Made by a program: the position numbers and the translations under genes
In this document: piece after piece, positions 48,307-59,364 of the stretch
Numbering within the stretch: the stretch's first letter is position 1
Layout of the letters: each line of letters opens with the position of its first letter
Source: Laetmonice hystrix
Taxonomy: Eukaryota
DNA length: 64,000 nt
Assembly: GCA_965235115.1 (NCBI GenBank)
Contig: OZ249436.1
Coordinates: 45,510,001 to 45,574,000 of the forward strand
Reading direction: 5' to 3'
Notes under the pieces: model-generated
Database searches by the model: none
The model's input: only the letters and a program-made list of their open reading frames with translations
What the model was told of the DNA's origin: nothing

Positions 48307-50528
48307 AGATCATATTCCAACCTTTTAAAACCTGGATGACTACATACTCTGACCCTGATTGTAACAGTCCCCGATTGTTTCAGTCTGACTACATTTAGAA
48401 GTTTCCTGTAAAAGCGACTTTTATAACCCAGCAGGGCCATAAAAATTCCTCCAACCTCCATCTGGGGCTTGGCTCAACTTGGATGTCACCCCCTTACCTC
48501 GTTTATTTTTCTTTCTACCACAAATTTTTGAGTTTACCGCGATGGTTTTTTATGCTGCAATTGGCTGCAGCAATAGGTCGTCCTCTGGAAGAAGTTTTTT
48601 TTAAATTTCCTTAGGATCCCAAGCTCCGCAAAGTGTGGATAGAGAAATGTAAGCGTGCGGCATAGACACCAACATCTTACTCCAGACTGTGCTCAGATCA
48701 CTTCGGCTCACAGGGGATGCATTCTCAGTTGATCCACTAGTTCTAAAGTCAGTTGGCTTCAAGCCTGGACAAATCTACTTGAAAAAGGATGTTGTGCCAA
48801 CCATCTTCCCATTTGCACAGAAGAATCCGAGACCCAGACGAAGTCTGGCCCAACAAAAGCGCCAGAATCTCGAGGTAAACGCTTATCATCATACAGGATG
48901 CAGCTGTCTCAGTCTGTCAGGTTAGGCCTACACGGCGTTTGCCTGGTCAATAGTAAATCATTTAGGCAGGGCCCCGAAAGCTACATACCAGTAAATATAT
49001 TATGAGGATGGAATGTTATTTGTTGATGTATATTAGAATTAAACACCGCCCGGATGCACCCATGTTTTCTGGTCGGGAAGGGCACCCGTACCTGTGTGTG
49101 TGTGTAGTGGAACGGAGCACTCAGCGGAGGACCGAGCACTCACTGCTGCCTGCTGAGCCCTCAGCGGGGTCAGTGTGTCACACCCCTCCCTGTCCCAGGG
49201 GAAATTCCCTGGTACTCGTAGACCTAATAAAAGCACTAATCGAAATACAGTTGGTAGTCCTCTATGGTGACTCTGCCTTTATAGCACGCAGCCGAGACAC
49301 CAGCTTCCCCTAGCTCCGACCCAGCACCTTCGGCTTGGGCATCGGGTGCTGGTAGTCCAGGAACCTAGACCCTGTTTCTGCTAGTTTGTTGTCAACAGGG
49401 TCTAGGAGTTAAGCTTTCAAATCCAGTGGCACCTTGCCACGCCTACCCCCGTGGCAAACTTCACCGGCTTCACTCACTCACTACGACTGACTCATTACAC
49501 AAACTGACTCTACCGGTGACAGCAGACACCTTTTTCTCTCTCTTCACACCATTATTGGGGTATGTTGATTAATACTGAGTTCGTGTGCGGCTGTCGTTTG
49601 CAACCCTCTCTGAAATCGTCGATGAATCTGTCGCCATCTTGATTCGAATTTGGCTAGCGGTGACGTCATGGGCATGTTTCTGGTAAAAGTGGAATCGCAA
49701 TGGGAAGTGAACAGCACCACGCTGGCTGGGAATCTGCGTGGTTCGTTCCGCCTGGCGGCAACATAACAATTCATATGTTCATGACCAATCGGTCAATCCA
49801 ACATGGCTATACTTCCGTTCGACGGTTGTATGTGCAAAGAGAACAGGCAAAACCGTGCACAAAAGTATGCTTTATAAAGACCACAACGCAACACATCACC
49901 GTGAATCATACATTAATATCTTTTGTATCTACTTGGCAAGTTTTACCACCCAGAGTGATCCCAAAAGGAAGTTATCAGTCGCCGAATGACGCGAACCCCG
50001 GTCACTCGAACGTTCAATGTGGTTGCCACGCGCTTTTTCGATTCAACTGCCAGAGTCTGATACAGACTACATATCAGATATCAGACTCTGGCTTGTTGGA
50101 GTACGGGTGCTGGCTCTTCTTCAGTCGAGTCCTCAGTCGATTGACTCGACTCAGAAAAATTGTTGTCTTCTTGTACATGATTGTGGGGCCTACATGGCTC
50201 ATACATATACCCCTGAATATGTAAGCTCACATCAACCGTACCGTCTAGGCCTGTCTCATCGTTACTCGACATTTTCCGAGCTGTGTCAGTGTGTGTTACC
50301 AGCTCCAACAACAAGCCCAGGCACTTTTGACGTCACACCGCCACCTAGCGGCGTACATGTGAAAATCAGCTGCGATGTGGGCCTCTTCGGAACGCGTTAT
50401 ATTTTCAGAAATCACATAAAAACATTTTTTCCGATCTTGCAACTGATAAAACAGTAATAATACATGGATATCTAATCACCAGCATGTTGAAAACCCTAAG
50501 ATAATGAGAAAAGGGTGCAATATGATCT
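48307..50528. mobile_element. Internally deleted Kolobok-type DNA transposon
   Basis: TIRs AGATCATATT / AATATGATCT, with TTAA TSD at 48303-48306 and 50529-50532. A THAP relic lies near the left end (+) and a KolX-like N-terminus near the right end (-). Confidence 0.8.
48542..48873 (+). pseudogene. THAP zinc-finger domain relic (transposase N-terminus)
   Basis: MVFYAAIGCSNR..F/KFP*DPKLRKVWIEKCKR..RLCSDHF/..LKKDVVPTIF, showing the C2CH pattern and AVPTIF box, with stops and frameshifts. GTAAAC donor at about 48874. Confidence 0.85.
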
Positions 50529-52457
50529 TTAACCTTTCTAGTACTGGTTTGTTGCAGTTGAGTAATAGATGTCTGACATCTTCTTTACTATTGCAGCTAG
50601 TGCAGGTTGGGCTATCGACGTCTTTGAACCTTGCACTTCTGGCTTTACAATCTTTTGTGTTGTTGCAGTCTATTCTGAGTCTGGTTATATAGGGCAATAG
50701 GATCTAGACCCGGTACATAATGCGTATAGACTCAATACCTGCAGGATGGGCCGATCGAGTGTGCTGCCATCTATCGAGCAGAGAAGGAACCGACGGAATG
50801 GCGCCTTGGGGCGCCTTAGCAGTCTCGGGGCGCATTAGGTTCCAGATACATACGGGCATCTCCTGGTACGCGCTCCGCACTTTGTTTACGAGTCTATTTA
50901 TAGCTCGTTGCCCGACCAGCGTCCCTGCAACGGTACGGCTCGTAGTATATCCTAATTCGACAAGATACACAAACAAGTCATCATAATATATCACCAGGAA
51001 TTGACAGGTAGGCCCATGTATAGCTGCAGGGTCGTTTTATCTGAATATATGCGGCCTGAAACTTCCAAGGTTTAGCATCACGCAGTTCAACAAGTTGACA
51101 CCAGGTTTAATGTGGGTAACGGTGAGAGTGTTTACATTTTCATATTCGCGGACGGTATCAGGTGTGAATATCAGGTGTTTCTCAACTATCACCTCATAAC
51201 ATAGTCTCAGAATGTCCATGTACTCATGTATCCACAGGGGGTGTATAGCCACGTTTATATGTAGGCCGAGAGCTCCATGAAGTTGGCCGTGAGGGCGGGT
51301 TGGGGGGGGGGGGGGGGACAAGTCTACCTGCGATATGAGGAGAAGTTTTCAGTGACATCCAAGTCAGTAAATCTCGCATTACTGAGCCTCAAACGAGGGG
51401 TTGGATCGGATATATTCTTGAGAGAGTTTTAGGATGATGCATTAAAAAATTGAGACCAAGAATTCGTCGGTTAATAGGCCTAATGCTCTAGTCAAACAAG
51501 ATTTTTTTAAGTGGGATGTTAGGCCTATATCTCAGTGCTCAGCAGGTGAGCGCAGGGCAGAGCTGCATTTGGGTTGAGCGTCTTCATGTTGATGAGCTAA
51601 AGATGAGGTCATCTAAACGGGGCGATGGAAATAAGAACGCTGCAAGTCAGGGAGTTATAGTGTCTAAGGCCTAAGGTATAGGATTAATTAAGGTGAAAAA
51701 AAACAAGATCGTGCCGATAATTCTCCTGGCCAGTTCGGGCACATTGCAAATAGATGACGATATCAAGTCGATGCAGCAATCACTCTGACAAAATCCAACG
51801 GCCAAAGTTCTGTGTGGATGGCATCAGTGTGAGGAAGTTCGCCCAGGCTGAATACCTTTGTTAGCGTACACCTGCCAGCACCGCCCGCCTGCCCAACCTC
51901 TGTGCATCGCGCTCCCAGGGTGACGCGCACGTCCTCCATTGACCCCCGAATACTGACCTGACCTCAATAACAGGGCGTCTCCCTCCCACACTACGGCCCA
52001 CTCTTTGCCCCAGAATTTCCAGTAACCATAGCAACCTGGATGCAGCTGGTTTCGCGAATGGGTGTGGGTTTAGGTGTAGTTTTCGGGCGTCATTTCTAGG
52101 GCATACAAACAGCGTGACGAGACGCGCTGACGACGGGACGCGCCCGTCAAGTGTCAGTAAATGTGATTACAGAATGTTGACGTCACTGCAGTGTGACAGT
52201 GAGTCCAACGTCATGAATATGGATGAATGAGTCAGGGGGCATTGTATTCCTGGCAAGGTAGACGGTTATATGGCGTCAGTCACAGGTAGACCTATAGGGC
52301 CTATATAATGACAAAGTTGACAAGACATATATGTTAAAGAAGGCAACCCATCGATTCTCGTCCAAAGTCGGGTTTAGATTCTCGTCCCAAGTCATTTTTG
52401 TAGGTCTATGTCCGCGTCCTTTTTAGTTGAGGCTGCGTCTGCCAGAATGTGGGATCA

Positions 52458-53954
52458 TATGGTGGCCCAAAAGTATCATCTCGTACTTAAAAATCTCGCA
52501 CTCGCAAAATAAAATCTCGTACTCGCAAAATAAAATCTCGTACTCGCAAAATAAAATCTCGTACTCGCAAAATAAAATCTCGTACTCGCAAAATAAAATC
52601 TCGTACTCGCAAAATAAAATCTCGTACTCGCAAAATAAAATCTCGTACTCGCAAAATAAAATCTCGTACTCGCAAAATAAAAATCTCGCATGGTACAAAC
52701 AAAAAATCAAAATCTCGCATGGGGCAAACAGAAAATCTCGCATGCTAGAAACACAAAATCAAAATCTCGCATGCTAGAAACACAAAATCAAAATCTCGCA
52801 TGCTAGAAACACAAAATCAAAATCTCGCATGCTAGAAACACAAAATCAAAATCTCGCATGCTAGAAACACAAAATCAAAATCTCGCATGCTAGAAACACA
52901 AAATCAAAATCTCGCATGCTAGAAACACAAAATCAAAATCTCGCATGCTAGAAACACAAAATCAAAATCTCGCATGGAGAAAATGCACAGTAGGAGCGCG
53001 GCTGGATCCATGCAAGACAGGGGACCAGGTACTCTTGGCGAGGCTAGGGACCAGGCCATTCGGAAAACCTCGGCCCAACTTCCGGACCTGGCCCGGACAG
53101 TCCCGAGGTGGGCCGAATGGGGACCAGGCCAATATAAAGCCTGGTGAAGGCCAATCGAAGCAAGCGTTGTGATTGGCCCATCGAAAACATGGACGCAAAC
53201 GAGGTATAGTTCCGTACCCCCCGTATTTCTCCAACAAGACACAAATATTTTCGCCAATCCCTTTAAAATACAAGTGTTAAATGTCCTCGCTTTTCTGGAT
53301 GTAAACATAACGTTACCAGTCCCCACACCTGCTACGGTCTGCATACGCAGGGGCATGTTGCTATTGTTGGCCACTCCCGGCCACGCTCCAAGCAGAAGTC
53401 AATCACTCTGTTAACGCTGACCAACGGACCGGAGGCGGAAGTGATTAGCTCCGAGGCGGAAGTGCTTGGAGATCACCACTTCCGTTTTACAGCTTTCTGT
53501 TAGCCATCACCGGGCCTAACATCAAGCGGATGCGTATGGTAGGCACCGGGGACCAGGCTAGGATCAGACTGGGGCGTATGCCGACAGAGGGCGTGATGAT
53601 CCAGGCCACTCTGACTACTTCCGGCGATACTGCGCTTGCGCGTCGCTTGCCTAGTTTCAACATGGCAGCGCCCGTAAAAAGCCCCATGCGAGATTTTGAT
53701 TTTGTTCCAGCATGCGAGATTTTGATTTTGTGTTTCTAGCATGCGAGATTTTGATTTTGTTTTTCTAGCATGCGAGATTTTGATTTTTGTTTCTACCATG
53801 CGAGATTTTGATTTTTGTTTCTACCATGCGAGATTTTGATTTTGTGTTTCTACCATGCGAGATTTTGATTTTGTGTTTCTACCATGCGAGATTTTGATTT
53901 TATTTGCCCCATGCGAGATTTTGTAAGTCGAGATGATACTTTTGGGCCACCATA
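52458..53954. mobile_element. IS3EU-like non-autonomous element whose arms carry 21-bp and 29-bp tandem arrays
   Basis: Termini TATGGTGGCCCAAAAGTATCATCTCG / CGAGATGATACTTTTGGGCCACCATA, with a perfect 6-bp TSD GGATCA at 52452-52457 and 53955-53960. Confidence 0.88.
53133..53560. mobile_element. AcademH-like MITE, copy 2 (reverse of copy 1, left end rearranged), nested in the IS3EU-like element
   Basis: Near-identical to the reverse complement of 22785-23210. Right TIR GGGGACCAGGCTA. No TSD found. Confidence 0.8.
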
Positions 53955-54291
53955 GGATCATGCTATAGACCTAGGGCCCATGTCGTCACGTAGGCCTATA
54001 GTACCTGGTGTAGGCACGTGCGCGTTTTTACTTGAAAGCTTTTTGAAGTATTCCATGAATTCAGTTGTCTTTCATCTCCCTGTTGCGCCTCGCTATCAAC
54101 CTTCTTATGGGCCCGTGAACAACCCATTTTGCTGAAGCCTAGAATTCGCGCAACTGTAGGCCGTATAAAATACCACAAATATAAGTTCACCTTAAGAACA
54201 CAGAGTCGGTCGTAGCGGAAACATTGCCTGCGGGGGAGGGCATTCATTGCCGGTAATGTGTTCCTTCCAGCTTCAGTCTCCGTCACCCGAC

Positions 54292-55710
54292 TATCTGGGC
54301 TGCGCTAGTTGGGGACTGCGGGGTCTTGATGATCCAGATTCCAGTACCTATCTGGGCTGCGCTGGCTGGAGACCTGCAGGGTCTTGATTAGCCTGGTGCC
54401 CGGTCTAAACACTACGTATAGAGCCTGGTGAAGGTCAATCGAAGCGAGCGTTGTGATTGGCCCATCGAAAACATGGCCGCAAACGAGGTAGTTCCGTACC
54501 CTCCGTATTTCTCCAACAAGATACAGATATTTTCGTCAATCCCTTTGAAATACAAGTGTTAAATGTCCTCGCTTTTATGGATGTAAACATAGCGTCATCA
54601 GTCCCCACACCTGCTACGGTCTGCATACGCAGGGGCATGTTGGCCACTCCCGGCCACGCTTCAAGCAGAAGTCGGTCTGTTAACGCTGATCAACGGAACG
54701 GAAGCGGAAGTGCTTGGAGCTAATCACTTCCGTTTCGCAGCTTTCTGTTAGCCATCACCTGGCCTAACATAGCGGATGCGTATGGTAGGCACAGGGCACC
54801 AGGCTAGGTCTTGATGATCCAGATTCCAGTATCTGGGCTGCGCTGGCTGAAGACCTGCAGGGTCTTGATGATCCAGATTCCAGTATCTGGGCTGCGCTGG
54901 CTGGAGACCTGCGGGGTCTTGATGATCCAGATTCCAGTATCTGGGCTGCGCTGGCTGGAGACCTGCAGGGTCTTGATGATCCAGATTCCAGTATCCGGGC
55001 TGCGCTGGCTGGAGACCTGCAGGGTCTTGATGATCGAGATTCCAGTATCTGGGCTGCGCTGGCTGGAGACCTGCAGGGTCTTGATGATCCAGATTCCAGT
55101 ATCTGGGCTGCGCTGGCTGGAGACCTGCAGGGTCTTGATGATCCAGATTCCAGTATCTGGGCTGCGCTGGCTGGAGACCTGCAGGGTCTTGATGATCCAG
55201 ATTCCAGTATCTGGGCCGCGCTGGCTGGAGACCTGCAGGGTCTTGATGATCGAGATTCCAGTAGGTATCTGGGCTGCGCTGGCTGGAGACCTGCAGGGTC
55301 TTGATGATCCAGATTCCAGTATCTGGGCTGCGCTGGCTGAAGACCTGCAGGGTCTTGATGATCCAGATTCCAGTATCTGGGCTGCGCTGGCTGGAGACCT
55401 GCAGGGTCTTGATGATCGAGATTCCAGTAGGTATCTGGGCTGCGCTGGCTGGAGACCTGCAGGGTCTTGATGATCGAGATTCCAGTATCTGGGCTGCGCT
55501 GGCTGGAGACCTGCGGGGTCTTGATGATCGAGATTCCAGTAGGTATCTGGGCTGCGCTGGCTGGAGACCTGCAGGGTCTTGATGATCGAGATTCCAGTAG
55601 GTATCTGGGCTGCGCTGGCTGGAGACCTGCAGGGTCTTGATGATCGAGATTCCAGTATCTGGGCTGCGCTGGCTGGAGACCTGCGGGGTCTTGATGATCG
55701 AGATTCCAGT
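54292..55710. repeat. 54-bp minisatellite (58-bp variant), about 18 copies, interrupted by a MITE
   Basis: Unit TATCTGGGCTGCGCTGGCTGGAGACCTGCAGGGTCTTGATGATCCAGATTCCAG. Confidence 0.95.
54389..54806. mobile_element. AcademH-like MITE, copy 3, inserted in the 54-bp satellite
   Basis: TIRs TAGCCTGGTGCCC / GGGCACCAGGCTA, with a perfect 9-bp TSD GGTCTTGAT at 54380-54388 and 54807-54815. Confidence 0.88.
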
Positions 55711-57298
55711 TTAAGGCCTGATTACAGATTGACATGCCCGATCCGTCAGATTCAAACAGCCCGAGTCATTCCACGACACGCAGAACTTTCTTTTCACGTT
55801 CTGAAGCATAAGGAGATATCAGGGGGCATACATTTTTGAGACACAATTTTAATTTTGGTCTTATGTAAGAACTTTTTGGGATATCAACTTGAAAATTTCA
55901 ACAGATGTTGAGAATATCAAGGTTTTTACTTCTGTAACTTCTCAGAAGCCTGTGACAGGGTGTTTGAAATAATTAACATCCCATTTCCCAAGTTTTTTTT
56001 AATGTCCACCCTATATATTTTCACGTCTACTATACTTTCTCACACTCTGAATCTGTTGAAAGAAATAAAAGTAAACGCACTGTTCGAACGCGAAATATTG
56101 ACTACCTAAAATTAGAGAGCCTTTTTATACACCTCGTGACTAGTTGAGGATACTCTTCCTGGCCATCCGAGGAACATTGTGGGTCAGAAGGTCAAAAAGC
56201 CTGCAGCTAGCTGTCCAGAAGGTTAAGGTCAACACACGCCCCTTGCAGCATGATCAACCAACCATCAGACTACATAATGTCATGTGACCACATGTGATTT
56301 AAAAAACAGATCATGATTAACAAATAAAGTAAGCCTGTTATCACGCTTTGGTTCATGCCCGGTAGGTCAGGTGTCTGAGGCCTGGAGTCTAGGTACCAGG
56401 GACATGCAGTCTGCATTCCTGAGAGCGTGTTTTGTAATACGATCCAGTATGGCCAAAAGTCGGTTGTATTTGTTTATTTTGTCGGATATCATGGTTATTT
56501 TGACTCTTGTCAAGATCTAGATCATGTTCACATATTTTCTTGAAAACTATCAATAACTATAGTGGCCTAGTAGACGTATATACATTCAGATATAAATTTG
56601 ATGGTTTTCATAATCTTCAATCGTAGAGTTTAAAACATGTATGCTTTAATAGATCAGATACATGGAGCGCTATCAAGAGCCAATGTTGTGAGACTACAGT
56701 AGCTCTTGTTAATATGGGGCTGGGTGTCTTAAGTATTAATATTGGGGGACCATGCAGCGTACGTGTATGGCAGCCAGTCAGGGAGGCGAGCCCAACATGC
56801 TCAGGGGTGACGTGACCTCGTTTTAGTGATAGTTTGGTCACGTGATAGCTGGTTGGGATCTTGTAGTTGTGTTGGATGCTATAGTAGACCTGTGCCAAGA
56901 TAGGAAGCATTAACTTTGTCCACCTGTGACCTGGCGGAACACATCAACAAAACCAACCGGCAATAGTTACAGCTGTCGACCTGGACCGTTCAACTATAAT
57001 TTAGGTCATGATGGAACACTCTACACCTGTAGAAGAGGACGAACATGATCCAATAGCGGTTTGGTTGAAATACAAAGAGCGGTTTAAAAACACAAGGTTG
57101 TGTTAGCAATTATAACTTCGAGGATCTACTTCCTTAACCTGTGTAACATTGGTGAATTCGTCTAAAGTTTTATTTTCGTTTAATTTTGATAGTTTTTACT
57201 TAAAGGCGCCAGGACTTGTCAGAAATGTTTCAAACAACAAGGAAACGCCATTTGTGTTTCAAATGTTTCCTAAACACATATGGGCTTCGTGTTTCAGT

Positions 57299-59364
57299 AT
57301 GTCTGACCCGGACGCCAGGGAAAGTTTACAAGAGCAGAGTTACGAGGAAGAAGACCACGGCCAAGATGAAGCGGAAGTGACCGCTCCTGCCTTGGCTCCT
57401 AAAGTAGAACTTCTTCAGGACCTGCAGCAACAGCAGCAACAACAACACCAGCAACAACAGTGGGGCAAGAAGATACAGCGGACACGACGCGTCAAGCTAA
57501 ATGTGACGTCATCCACTGCGACGGCCGCAGCGAACAGTGCGCCCCCTGACGGAACAAAGACGAAACCTGCAGCCCCGAAGGACGCCGCGGTGCCAGCAGT
57601 CGCCGACCAGTCCGAAACAGTCGAGGAATACGAAGATGATGATGCGTCAAAGATACTGGAAGGATTGGCTTCTGCTGCCAAGTGTCTCGTCAGGGCTGTT
57701 CTGGCGTTCCTGAAGTTTGTTTGGCGGTGTACGCGACGGTGTTTTTCCATAATGCGAGGATGTCTGCCGTTAGCCATGGTTCTGTCCCTGTATGGACTGA
57801 CCGTATATTTATTTGGTACCTATGTGTTCGAACCCGTCACAGATGAGGACGTCCCAGACTTTGATTCACGACTCCAATATCTTCTCAGATGTCAGGTTTG
57901 GCCAACAGTGCCCGTCTTCCTGGGTAAGTCCTGCAAACAACAACAAAATTATAACACGTTTTATTAACCAGGAAAGCGTTCTCTAACGTTTAGGCCTATT
58001 GAACTTTTCCGTTAGCTAGGCCCCATACTGTATCGATTTGAATAGAAGGAGCTAGAGACCTTTTGATCTAAGAGTACTACTTTAAGATGGAATAACCATC
58101 CTTTGATCTATCCATAAATCATGCTTAGGCCTAGGCCTACTCTAAAAACATAACAAACATCATAAATGACACTGTTGTCATGGTTACGGTTGGTCCTAAT
58201 TTTAGCCTACCTAGCGGAATCTAACCTTTTATAAAACTATTATGTTGTGAAGAACCGTTAAAAGATGGGCCTAAATAAATCCGCTCAATTAGGCCTATAT
58301 CTGTTAGACATGTGACCTTCCCAGTGTGACCTTACGTGTCCTTGACCTCCAGCGGCGTTGATCGGAAGCGTTCGGAAGACCGAAGCTCACCGAGTGTTTG
58401 CGCGAGAGGCGTTCGAACAGGCCATTCTCTTTCTCTTCAATCTTCTGCTCTTCGCTACCCACGTCCGCGTTGAGTATCTCGTCTGTATATGGGTAGCTGG
58501 ACTCGTGTCCATGATATTCAGGTAAGTCATAAACTTACCTGGCTTCCTCCTTCTAATTAGCTCTCAATTAACAAAAAATACCATTGGACTATACTGGTTT
58601 CAGTTGCACTCAAAATGTTTTACCGAAGAGATCATGCATGCGCGCCACCTTACGGTTGAAGTGACACTAAACATCGTCCTTTGAGTGCCAGGAAAATGAT
58701 GCAGCATCACTTCGATTTACATGTGCACTTTGTATACTTTGAGACGATCCAGGATTTTGGAGAGGGTCGTCGACATAGAGACATAGGGATGCAATGGGAA
58801 AACGGACTGAAAAACGTTGGGAAACTGTAAAATTAGGAAAAGGGACCTAGCAGGGCCCGGTTTCTTGGTGGAGCTTGAGCTGAAATTCTTGGCTCAAGCT
58901 CAAGGATTTGGAGCTTGGGCCAAGGATTCTCGGCTCAAGCTCAAATTTGGGTTTCACAGTCATGTCCCAGCTCAAGCTCAAGCTCAACGGCCGTCTGACT
59001 GTGAAACCCAAATTTGAGCTTGAGCCGAGAATCCTTGAGAATCCTTGAGCTTGAGCCAAGAATTTCAGCTCAAGCTCCACCAAGAAACCAGGCTCTGGCC
59101 CCTCAGACTTCCTCTTCCTCTCCGTGCCATACTGAACATGTCTGATGGTCTTGTGATTACAGTCTGCTCCACTGGGTGTGCCTGGTGTACGGGAAGAAAC
59201 AACGGTCGGTCGTCTCCACTCCAGGAATGATGGTGAACTTCACGTGGATGGCCTTCAACCTGGGTATGATACTGGGCCAGGAGGTCGGATACGTCAGTCC
59301 GGAGCAGAACCTACCACCTCCACAGCCACCCACTCGTTCCGAAGGTACGGGCTGGTTTTCATGA
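57299..59364 (+). CDS. TMEM79: Transmembrane protein 79-like (MAPEG-related), 3 coding exons, 331 aa
   Basis: Exons 57299-57923, 58353-58521 and 59163-59364, with GT-AG introns in phases 1 and 2. Acidic/polyQ N-terminus, then SRLQYLLRCQVWPTVPVFL and EAHRVFAREAFEQAILFLFNLLLFAT..SLLHWVCL. These align with TMEM79 SRLIYTLRCGVFATFPIVL and HRRYV..FILYFFNL as I recall them. An acceptor just before the ATG implies an upstream UTR exon. One-to-one orthology was not tested. Confidence 0.82.
58854..59094. mobile_element. Palindromic Harbinger-type MITE in intron 2 of the TMEM79-like gene
   Basis: TIRs of about 55 bp, GGTTTCTTGGTGGAGCTTGAGCTGAAATTCTTGGCTCAAGCTCAAGG and its reverse complement, with CAG/CTG flanks. 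Confidence 0.8.

Larger units (their letters stand above)
48045..50697 (-). mobile_element. 3' end of a non-LTR retrotransposon, split by the Kolobok-type insertion (pieces 50697-50529 and 48302-48045)
   Basis: Removing 48307-50532 restores one frame: ..CTSCNSKEDVRHLLLNCNKPVLERL|RKRFLESYSRYVPEF..FIRDVYKNTQE*. This is followed by AATAAA and a CATTGT repeat tail. Confidence 0.8.

Noticed and set aside
54764..55735. 323-aa and 219-aa repetitive ORFs
   Set aside because: Translations of the 54-bp satellite, with frame-shifting 58-bp units.
57149..57298. N-terminal extension of the 272-aa ORF
   Set aside because: AT-rich intron-like sequence ending in TTTCAG just before the ATG at 57299; the ORF call starts at a non-ATG codon.
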